A stretch of 64,000 nucleotides of DNA from Chthoniobacterales bacterium (GTDB lineage: Bacteria; Verrucomicrobiota; Verrucomicrobiia; Chthoniobacterales; JACTMZ01), in the NCBI GenBank assembly GCA_044371145.1, contig JBILUI010000001.1, positions 3,497 through 67,496 on the forward strand, read 5' to 3'. The translations under genes and the position numbers were made by a program. The notes beneath the pieces are model-generated. The model made no database searches, was not told the DNA's origin, and saw only the letters and a program-made list of their open reading frames with translations. Below, piece after piece: positions 53,885 through 61,313 of this stretch. How positions within the stretch are numbered: position 1 is the first letter of the stretch; each line of letters begins with the position of its first letter.

Positions 53885-55101
53885 ACCGAAAAATCCGCGG
53901 AAAGAATCGAAAAAGACTTCGGGAGAAAGTCGACAATCGGAGGGCGGGACACCTCATGGTAGCGATCGACTCGGCCGTTCGGCCAGAGGACCCAGCTCTC
54001 ACGTGCCCCGGACTTGATGAGCAGATGCCGTGCCCTGTCGGCATGAAACTGGGACAACTCGGGCGTGATCGCGTGGACGACGATATCGGGAGCAGCGCTC
54101 CAGGAGGGTTCCGTCCGCAGCGTCTGCATGCGCGCGTCCGAAACCCAACCCAAGTCGGCCACCACACAACCCTCGGATGTCTCAACCGGGGCATTGAGCA
54201 CCACCTGGCCTTTTCCCAAGCGGCGCGAAAACAGACCGGCCAATTTTCCCAAAAAAAGCCCGGTCCTGCTATCGGGCAGCCCGGGTTCGCCGGCCTGGGA
54301 GTCCGTCTTGAGGTGCAGCGACTCGAGATAGCGGTCGGTCACTTCGCGAGCGGTTCCTTCGGCGACCAAACGCCCCTCTTCGAGCAGAATTCCCTTTGTG
54401 CAGAGCTTAAGCACGCTTTGGCTCGAATGGCTGACAAACAGGATCGTAACCCCGGAATTTTTGATCTCGTCGATTCGGTTGAGGCACTTCTCCTGAAACT
54501 TGGCATCGCCGACAGCGAGCACTTCGTCGAGTACAAGTATTTCGGGCTCCAAATGAGCCGCCACGGCGAAAGCGAGGCGCACGCGCATACCGCTAGAGTA
54601 TCGTTTCACCGGCGTGTCCATGAAATCGGGTATCTCGGCAAATTCGGCAATTCGCTCGTAGCGCTCCTGAATTTCTTTGTCTCTCATGCCCAAAATGCTG
54701 CCATTGAGAAAAACGTTTTCCTTGCCTGTCATCTCGTGGTTGAAGCCGGTGCCCACTTCGAGAAGGCTGGCCACACGGCCCTTGATTTTCGCCGTTCCGG
54801 TCGTCGGGGAGGTAATACGCGAAAGCAGCTTCAGCAATGTTGATTTGCCGGACCCATTGCGTCCCATGACACCAACGATGTCGCCCTGTTCGATCTTGAA
54901 GCTCACGTCTTTCAGCGCCCAGAAGTCGTAGGGGGTCGGTAGGCGATCTGTCGCATGCTCGAATACGGACGAATGAGGATCCGGCTTGCCAAGCTTGCGA
55001 GCCACCCAGCTTTCGATTTGATCGACGAGCATTCGCCGGTTGATCACACCAAGGCGGTATTTTTTGGAGAGATTTTCGACTTTGATGACGGTGTCGGACA
55101 T
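53881..55101 (-). CDS. wzt: Polysaccharide ABC exporter ATP-binding protein (Wzt/TagH-type) with atypical C-terminal domain
   Basis: Walker A GRNGSGKSTLLK, signature YSSGMRVRLAFA, Walker B ILVLDEVLAVGD. About 150 extra C-terminal residues follow (see finding on Uma2-like resemblance). Confidence 0.92.
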   Translation of the reverse strand: MSDTVIKVENLSKKYRLGVINRRMLVDQIESWVARKLGKPDPHSSVFEHATDRLPTPYDFWALKDVSFKIEQGDIVGVMGRNGSGKSTLLKLLSRITSPTTGTAKIKGRVASLLEVGTGFNHEMTGKENVFLNGSILGMRDKEIQERYERIAEFAEIPDFMDTPVKRYSSGMRVRLAFAVAAHLEPEILVLDEVLAVGDAKFQEKCLNRIDEIKNSGVTILFVSHSSQSVLKLCTKGILLEEGRLVAEGTAREVTDRYLESLHLKTDSQAGEPGLPDSRTGLFLGKLAGLFSRRLGKGQVVLNAPVETSEGCVVADLGWVSDARMQTLRTEPSWSAAPDIVVHAITPELSQFHADRARHLLIKSGARESWVLWPNGRVDRYHEVSRPPIVDFLPKSFSILSADFSV

Positions 55102-55384
55102 GGGAAGGAAAGTTTGCGGTGTTCAGTTGGCGGTTTTCAGTAAAACGAATCGAACGATCAAAGAGATAGCAAGCCGCAGTTGGCAGTATTCGGTGTTCGG
55201 CTTTGACAAGGGGTGCGACGACCTATCTACGATGCGCTGCGGTTCGCAAAGCCTCGGTGCCGCATTGGCGGACGCCTGTGCAGCCCGCTATCGTCAGCAG
55301 TTATCGCACGGGGTTCGGTTGAAAGCATAATGCGATCGATTTAATCGGGGATGAGGGTGTCGTCTTCGCCTTGCCGTCGCGAAA

Positions 55385-57493
55385 TCAGTCATCGCCTGTG
55401 TCGCGGGTGTCGACCAGGCGGCGGAAGCAACGGAGTGGTTTGGTAATCTTCCAAGAGAGGCTTTGCTTCATCGACTGCCATCCTGTGGCCTCTCTTTTGA
55501 TCTTGCGTCTCACCATTTCGAGGTGGCCGCGAATGCACTGCCCGTAAACTCGTCGCAGTTCATCATCCAGCAGCAGTTCGTTGAACATTTCGTAGTTTCG
55601 GAGGTAGCGGCCGACTTTGCTGCCGCCAATCCAGGCACCGGAACCGTGCTGACGATAGACAGACATGTTCGCATCCAAGACACCCAAATCACCGTGTTTG
55701 GTGATAGCTATATCCAGAGTAGTATCGCGCGGTCGGTTCAGAAGGTAGGCAGGCATGTCCTTGAGCGCAGACCGGCGGAAAACGAGAGAAGCTGTCGGGT
55801 AGCCGCTGAGCAACCACTCCACGCAATCTTGCCGGGTGTAGCGTCCGGCTTGCCGGTTTATACAGGAATCCATGAGAACTTTGCCGCTTTCATCAATCAC
55901 CCTAGCGTCATGGATACAGCCGACGCAGTCGGGATTCGTGCGCAAAAAGTCGATCTGCTTCTGAAGTTTGTGCGGGCTGGTCCAGTAATCGTCACCCTCG
56001 CACACGGCAATGAACTCGCCCCGGCAATGCGCCAGACAAGAAAGCATGGGCGATTCTCCACGCTCGCGCGAGTTCGTTGCGTAGAAAACCGGACGGATGA
56101 TTCTCCGGTTAGTTGCAGCGTGTCGCCGGATAATCTCATCCGTTCCATCGGTGGATGCGTCATCTTGCAAGACGATCTCAACGCGGAAATCCGTCTCCTG
56201 CATGAGAAAACCGGCGATGGCGTCGCCGATCATGTGCGCCTGGTTGTAAGTGTAGCAGCAGATGCTGACGAGGGGAGCTGTCCCATCCGACCAGTCGTGA
56301 CTCGTGATCGCAACAGGCGCCCCTAGTTGGGGGGCGGCATCAGGAGGATCGATCCGGGAGCCGACAATCCGCGCGCCGAGCGCTTTGTGAACAGCCTCGC
56401 AAACCCGGCGCACTGCTTCCTCGCTGATGGCTTGACCGGTGGGCAAGACAATCACTTTGGCCGCGACCTGTTCAGTCGCCGGCAAGCTTGTCTCAGAGCC
56501 TACACGGGCCGAGAGATAAGGCTCCATCCGATGGCAGCCCCGCCAAAAATACCGACGGGCGAGAATGCCTTCGGCGTGCAATGCCGCGACTAACTCATCG
56601 CGGCTCATCATGCAGTGCGCAGGGTCGACTTCGAGGACAATATATTGAAAATTCCCCTGCTGTTGCGTGTCATAGTCCAACACACGAATCCCGGGGAGAT
56701 CCGTCAGCAGCTGACGATACAGCTCGTAGTTGCGCCGGTTCTTCTCCACGAACCCGTCCATCGACTCGAGGTTGCACAGTCCCATCGCCGCGCAAACTTC
56801 CGGCATTTTCGCATTGATGCCCGGGCCGACAACCGAGTCATGGCCGTCGAAACCGAAATTTCTCATCAGCCGCATCTTGTCGGCCAGCGCGTCGTCGTTG
56901 GTGGTGATGACACCGCCCTCGAAAGTGTGCACGAATTTCGTTGCGTGGAAACTGAACACCTCGCAGTCGCCGAAGTTGCCAACCATCGTGCCGCCGCGCG
57001 AGCACCCGAAGGCATGCGACGCGTCATAGATAACTTTGAGGTCGTGTTGCCGCGCGATCCCTTCGATCGCCGCCGTGTCGCAAGGAGTTCCCCACGCATG
57101 GACACCGACCACGGCTGACGTGCGGGGCGTGACAGCATGCGCGATCTTCACGGGATCGATGTTGTGCGTCGCCGGACCGATGTCGACAAAGACAGGTTCC
57201 AATCCGATCCATTCGAAGGCATGCGCCGTGGCCACGAAAGTGAAGCTCGGCATGATCACCTCGCCCCGCAGCCCGAGCGCCTTCGCCGCGATCTGCAATC
57301 CAAGCGTTCCGTTGCAAACCGCTACCGCGTGCGGCACACCCAAAGTGTCGCAAATCTTGCGTTCGAATTGCTGAACAAGAGGTCCTCCGTTCGTCACCGG
57401 GCGCGGCGCCAGCAGATCTTGCACCCGCTGAAGATAAGCTCTCTCGTCGGGCATGTTGGGCAAACCGACGTGGAGTTTGGTCGCAGGTCTCAT
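55385..57493 (-). CDS. Fusion protein: DegT-family sugar aminotransferase (N) + GT2 glycosyltransferase (C)
   Basis: The first ~375 aa carry CNGTLGLQIA, DASHAF and EVFSFHATKF. After a linker come APLVSICCYTYNQAHM, IVLQDDASTDGT and CEGDDYWT. Each half aligns with the separate genes at 50320..51459 and 49304..50287. Confidence 0.88.
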   Translation of the reverse strand: MRPATKLHVGLPNMPDERAYLQRVQDLLAPRPVTNGGPLVQQFERKICDTLGVPHAVAVCNGTLGLQIAAKALGLRGEVIMPSFTFVATAHAFEWIGLEPVFVDIGPATHNIDPVKIAHAVTPRTSAVVGVHAWGTPCDTAAIEGIARQHDLKVIYDASHAFGCSRGGTMVGNFGDCEVFSFHATKFVHTFEGGVITTNDDALADKMRLMRNFGFDGHDSVVGPGINAKMPEVCAAMGLCNLESMDGFVEKNRRNYELYRQLLTDLPGIRVLDYDTQQQGNFQYIVLEVDPAHCMMSRDELVAALHAEGILARRYFWRGCHRMEPYLSARVGSETSLPATEQVAAKVIVLPTGQAISEEAVRRVCEAVHKALGARIVGSRIDPPDAAPQLGAPVAITSHDWSDGTAPLVSICCYTYNQAHMIGDAIAGFLMQETDFRVEIVLQDDASTDGTDEIIRRHAATNRRIIRPVFYATNSRERGESPMLSCLAHCRGEFIAVCEGDDYWTSPHKLQKQIDFLRTNPDCVGCIHDARVIDESGKVLMDSCINRQAGRYTRQDCVEWLLSGYPTASLVFRRSALKDMPAYLLNRPRDTTLDIAITKHGDLGVLDANMSVYRQHGSGAWIGGSKVGRYLRNYEMFNELLLDDELRRVYGQCIRGHLEMVRRKIKREATGWQSMKQSLSWKITKPLRCFRRLVDTRDTGDD

Positions 57494-57544
57494 AAACCTC
57501 TTTTTCTTATTGCCGCTGAGATGAGATACCGAAACACGCTACGC

Positions 57545-58210
57545 TCATATGGTCACCGAACGAGCCGGCACGCCGAAGACGGTCGATCCCGCCGGAACAT
57601 CGCGCGCGACCACGGACCCGGCTCCTACCGTTGCCCCGTCGCCGATGCGCGCGCCGGGAAGGATACTCGCATGCGGGTGAATGGTGACCCCGTCTCCAAC
57701 GATGACGCCACCACCGGCGAAAACAAAGGCGCCGACGTGGCAGCATTTGCCGAAACGCACATCGTGGCCGGCGGTCACATGTGCCGTCAGAAAAGTGTCA
57801 GCGCCGATGGAGACATCGCACGAAACAACGCAATACGGGCCGACCACGGCGCCGTCGGCCATTTCGACACCTCCGCCGATTTTGGCCGACGGTTCGCGCA
57901 AGACGGCAAACTTCGCACCGCGGCCACGCAACATGTCCGCGTATTTTCGACGATCGACCGAATTACCGATGGCGCAGACGAAAAGATCGTTCTCGCGCGG
58001 CCGGTAAAGCTGGGGCGTGCCGATGACGGGCGCTCCTACTGGGTCAATTCCGGGCCGGTCATCCAGAAATCCGGCAAGCTGCCAAACACAGCGTTCTCCC
58101 TCCGCCGATTGGATCCCGGCGGCCAAGTCGCGCACCTCGCGACCAAAGGCGCCCGCGCTCACGATGATGAGATTTTTCTTCACCGCAACGGCTGCACGAG
58201 ACCTTTCCAA
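57545..58210 (-). CDS. NeuD/PglD-type LbH sugar N-acyltransferase
   Basis: KKNLIIVSAGAFGREV followed by hexapeptide repeats (GPYCVVSCDVSIGADTFL..VGAFVFAGGGVIVGDGVTI..IGDGATVGAGSVV). TTG at 58210; a GTG at 58183 ((M)KKNLIIV) is an alternative start. Confidence 0.85.
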   Translation of the reverse strand: MERSRAAVAVKKNLIIVSAGAFGREVRDLAAGIQSAEGERCVWQLAGFLDDRPGIDPVGAPVIGTPQLYRPRENDLFVCAIGNSVDRRKYADMLRGRGAKFAVLREPSAKIGGGVEMADGAVVGPYCVVSCDVSIGADTFLTAHVTAGHDVRFGKCCHVGAFVFAGGGVIVGDGVTIHPHASILPGARIGDGATVGAGSVVARDVPAGSTVFGVPARSVTI

Positions 58211-58214
58211 AAAC

Positions 58215-59261
58215 TCAGACCTCGATAATTGGAGGACAAACCACCGGTCCGACTTCGCAAGCCAAGGTTCCCCATGAAAGCCCCACTCCGAACCCGCAGA
58301 GAAGAAGGCGAAGCCCTCCGTTCAGGAGTCGCGCGCCGAGTTGATCGACCATGGTGAGCGGGATCGTTGCCGAACTCGTGTTGCCGAAATCGGCCAGCGT
58401 GCCCGGACATTTTCCAGCATCCAACCTCAGCGATTTAACGATGGTATCGTTGATCAGCCGGCTGGCCTGGTGAAAAACGAAAGCATCGACTGAATCCGCC
58501 GACCATCCCGCGGCCTCCAAGGCAGCGCGCACGGCAGCGGGAACGACACGAACGGAGAAATTGAAAACGTCGGCACCCTTCATCTGATACTGCGTGTCGA
58601 AATATATCCGTCCGAGAACATCTTCCTTTGATGGAAGCGCCATCCCGTCCAAGCCGGGCTTGCCGCCGGAGCGCCTCTCCATGATGTAGTCCCATCCGCT
58701 CCCGTCGGTATGGAGCGAAAAGTGCATGGGCGCGGCCGCAGCGCGGCGCTCCAAGCCGACCGCAACTGCCGCATCGCCGAAGAGAGGCGCCCGAGGCGAC
58801 GCGGGATTCGGCTTTCCTGCTGCATCGCCGACGACAAGCAAAACCTTCGATGCCTCCGACGGGGCCAATAAACTCCCCGCGACGAGCATCCCATAGGGAA
58901 AACCGGAACACCCCAGATTGATGTCGAAAGCGGCACAGTCGGTCGAAAGACCGAGACGATGCTGCAGGATGCAGGCAGTGGACGGGTAGGCCACGTCGCC
59001 TGATTGCGTGACCACGACCAAAGCCTCGACTTCACTCTTATCCCAAACTAAGTCGGCGAGAATGCGCTCTGTGGCAAAGCGGGCGAGGTCGGAAAAGAAC
59101 AAGTCCGGCGGGCAGATACGCCTACGCAGAACACCGGTCGCGGACGAAAACCTCCGCCGCGCCTCCGGAGACTCGTAACCAGACTCCTCCACCGTCTCCA
59201 CGCTGGCAGGAACCGCCGCGCAGAGGCCGGCTAAATGGATGCCATGAAGAATGCTCTGCAC
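58215..59261 (-). CDS. 3-oxoacyl-ACP synthase III (FabH-like KAS III)
   Basis: Catalytic Cys in DINLGCSGF, His in FVFHQAS, Asn in FGNTSSATIP. The GTG start shares one nucleotide with the ACP stop. Confidence 0.88.
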   Translation of the reverse strand: MQSILHGIHLAGLCAAVPASVETVEESGYESPEARRRFSSATGVLRRRICPPDLFFSDLARFATERILADLVWDKSEVEALVVVTQSGDVAYPSTACILQHRLGLSTDCAAFDINLGCSGFPYGMLVAGSLLAPSEASKVLLVVGDAAGKPNPASPRAPLFGDAAVAVGLERRAAAAPMHFSLHTDGSGWDYIMERRSGGKPGLDGMALPSKEDVLGRIYFDTQYQMKGADVFNFSVRVVPAAVRAALEAAGWSADSVDAFVFHQASRLINDTIVKSLRLDAGKCPGTLADFGNTSSATIPLTMVDQLGARLLNGGLRLLLCGFGVGLSWGTLACEVGPVVCPPIIEV

Positions 59262-59497
59262 TAAAGTTTGCGCTGCACGAGCGCGATTAGATCCTTCAGA
59301 GAGCAGCAGGATTCCAACTCTTCACCCGAGACCTGCACGCCATAATCAGCGTAAACCTCCGCAACAAGCATGACAGCAGTTAACGAGTCCCAGCCCTCCA
59401 AGTCGCGCAGAACGCTGGTCAGAGCCAAACCCTGAGGAGCTTGTGCAAAGGCATTGTGCACCGCCGCGAAAAACTTTTCCTGATCGATCTCAGCCAT
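59261..59497 (-). CDS. Acyl carrier protein
   Basis: 78-aa acidic protein with the phosphopantetheine-attachment context LEGWDSLTAVML. Confidence 0.85.
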   Translation of the reverse strand: MAEIDQEKFFAAVHNAFAQAPQGLALTSVLRDLEGWDSLTAVMLVAEVYADYGVQVSGEELESCCSLKDLIALVQRKL

Positions 59498-59625
59498 GAT
59501 ATTCCAGCTCGTTCAATTGACTCGCGGAAAAACGCCTGAGAGGCTTGCAAGCATATCAGAATGCCGAGTCAGTTGGCTCGGAGACGTCTGCACTTGCCAC
59601 GCGCCCGGGGCGCGTCCCCCTGCGC

Positions 59626-59714
59626 TCAAAGGATGTCCACGCAGGTCCGCTGCGTCCGGTTGAACATAACCAAGCCCACCAGCACGACGGCGATGCTGAC
59701 AAAGGAGCTGAAAC
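59626..59714 (-). pseudogene. Orphan duplicate of the wzm 3-prime end
   Basis: The minus strand encodes ...SSFVSIAVVLVGLVMFNRTQRTCVDIL-stop. The last 23 codons are identical in protein to the end of wzm (60456..60524). The DNA differs at 12 of those codons, all synonymously (hand alignment). Confidence 0.75.
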
Positions 59715-59732
59715 GCAAGCAGCAGGAAAACA

Positions 59733-60167
59733 TCAGGGCGTCAGCAGTTCCACGCGCAGACCTTGGGACCGGAACAAATCAAAATCCGCGTCACGCGTAA
59801 CCCAAGTGCAACCGTGCTCGAAGGCAAGCGCTGCATGCTGGGCATCCGCCACCAGTTTGCCTTTGGCCGACACAGACTCGCAAAATGACCTCATTATGGT
59901 CCAATGCCGCTCGTCGGGTCCGAGCACAACACGACCGCGTGCAGCTAAGATCGAATCGATCACCGCAAGGGCCTGGGAAAGTGGAGTGGGCCTTGGCTGA
60001 AAGCCAGGATGTGTTACCACACGGACGAAGGACGCTGCCACCAAGAGCGAAAGCGCGAAAGGTTCGCCACCATTGACCAGACGCTCCATCCACTCCCGGT
60101 AAAAATCATGATCCGGGTCCTCGCGACGATGCGCGTAGACCAGAGTGTTCACGTCGGGCATGAGCAT
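59733..60167 (-). CDS. vapC: PIN-domain toxin VapC (type II toxin-antitoxin)
   Basis: 144 aa. Acidic PIN residues are in the expected contexts (MPDVNTLV, ...DAQHAALA, VTRDADF). It follows a small antitoxin ORF after a 5-nt gap. Confidence 0.88.
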   Translation of the reverse strand: MLMPDVNTLVYAHRREDPDHDFYREWMERLVNGGEPFALSLLVAASFVRVVTHPGFQPRPTPLSQALAVIDSILAARGRVVLGPDERHWTIMRSFCESVSAKGKLVADAQHAALAFEHGCTWVTRDADFDLFRSQGLRVELLTP

Positions 60168-60172
60168 CCTTC

Positions 60173-60391
60173 TCAGCGCCCATCATCGCGCAACGCGGCC
60201 AACTGCGACGGGGTTTGATGGATACCCGCAGGCTCGCCGAAAACAGGCATGGAGAACTGCTCCCTCCCCGTCCCGCTCCGGCGGTCGGAAAACAGGTGCT
60301 GTCGCAGGGCGGTGTTGACCAGATCGCTCAAGGTTTTGCCGGTGTTGGCCGCCTCGCGCTTGGCATGGCGAAAGACTTGATCGTTCAACAC
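60173..60391 (-). CDS. vapB: VapB-type antitoxin (ribbon-helix-helix)
   Basis: LNDQVFRHAKREAANTGKTLSDLVNTALRQHL is an RHH pattern. The GTG at 60391 is the first canonical start, but the stop-free in-frame upstream codons read KRITLV, which would complete the RHH beta-strand. The true start is therefore uncertain. Confidence 0.75.
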   Translation of the reverse strand: MLNDQVFRHAKREAANTGKTLSDLVNTALRQHLFSDRRSGTGREQFSMPVFGEPAGIHQTPSQLAALRDDGR

Positions 60392-60411
60392 GAGGGTTAT
60401 TCTCTTACAAA

Positions 60412-60425
60412 CATACGTACGTATG
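60412..60425. promoter_or_regulatory. Perfect 14-bp palindrome CATACGTACGTATG, candidate VapB operator
   Basis: The palindrome lies 21 nt upstream of the vapB start. A minus-strand TTGACA lies at 60441..60436, just after the wzm stop. RHH antitoxins typically autoregulate through promoter palindromes. Confidence 0.4.
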
Positions 60426-60455
60426 CGGACAGCGTTGTCAAGCGGCCTGGCTTCC

Positions 60456-61313
60456 TCAGAGAATATCGACGCACGTCCTCTGCGTCCGGTTGAACATAAC
60501 GAGGCCGACCAACACTACCGCGATGCTGATAAAAAAGCTGACAACGATTTGCCAAAGATAGACGGTGCCATGGCCCATGAAGGCGAAGCGGAACGCCTCG
60601 ATGATAAAAACCATCGGATTGAGCGCGTAGACCCAGCGCCAGTTTTCCGGGACCATACTCAGCGGGTAAACCACGCAGCTGGCATACATCCAAAGCTGCA
60701 TGAAAAAGCTGAGCATGATTTGCAGGTCGCGAAAACGGGTGGTCACGGCGGAGACCATGCAGCCGACGCCCAAGCCGAGCGCGGCCATTTGCAACAAAAG
60801 CACGGGCAACACGACGATGCGCCAACCCATGGCGATGTCCGCCCCTTGGTGGAAATAATACACGTAAAAAATGAGAAAAAGCACCATTTGCATTCCGAAG
60901 CCGATGAGATTCGCAATAAGTTGAGAGATAGGCACGACCAGTCGTGGGAAGTAGACCTTGTCGAACAATCCGCGGTTGGAACTAAAGGTGGCCGCCGTAT
61001 TGGTGACGCAGTTGTTGAAGTAGCCCCAGCAAACGGTGCCGGCCAAAAAGAAGAGCAGGGGGGGTATTTCTCCGGTGGAAATCTTGGCGATCTTGTTGAA
61101 AACGAGGGTGAACATCAGGCTGGTGAACAGGGGCTGAATCACATACCAAGCCGAGCCAAGGATCGTCTGCTTGTAGCGCGAGACAAAATCGCGATGCACC
61201 AGGCGCATGATAAGTTCCCGGTATTCCCAAATTTCGCGGAAAGGGATATGGAGCAGTTTGTGCTCGGACGTGATGACCGTCGTCCACTGCGGGTTTTGGA
61301 CTGTTGAATTCAT
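60456..61313 (-). CDS. wzm: Polysaccharide ABC exporter permease (ABC-2 type, Wzm)
   Basis: 285 aa. N-terminal REIWEYRELIMRLVHRDFVSRYKQTILGSAWYVIQPL is typical of Wzm/TagG/KpsM permeases. About six hydrophobic segments. Confidence 0.92.
   Translation of the reverse strand: MNSTVQNPQWTTVITSEHKLLHIPFREIWEYRELIMRLVHRDFVSRYKQTILGSAWYVIQPLFTSLMFTLVFNKIAKISTGEIPPLLFFLAGTVCWGYFNNCVTNTAATFSSNRGLFDKVYFPRLVVPISQLIANLIGFGMQMVLFLIFYVYYFHQGADIAMGWRIVVLPVLLLQMAALGLGVGCMVSAVTTRFRDLQIMLSFFMQLWMYASCVVYPLSMVPENWRWVYALNPMVFIIEAFRFAFMGHGTVYLWQIVVSFFISIAVVLVGLVMFNRTQRTCVDIL

Noticed and set aside
53881-55101. Possibility that wzt and its Uma2-like tail are two genes merged by error
   Set aside because: The frame is continuous with no stop or plausible internal start signal, and the total length (406 aa) is normal for Wzt/TagH proteins with a C-terminal domain. 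I kept it as one CDS, but a read-level check is advisable.
55203-55233. TTGACA-N19-TACGAT promoter-like match on the plus strand
   Set aside because: The spacer is too long for a good sigma70 promoter, and no plus-strand gene lies downstream.
59545-61307. Shared peptide motif RPLRPVEHN.A.QH between plus-strand ORFs 59545..60000 and 60423..61307
   Set aside because: It is not a protein family. It is the antisense reading of the duplicated wzm 3-prime end, reported as a finding on the minus strand.
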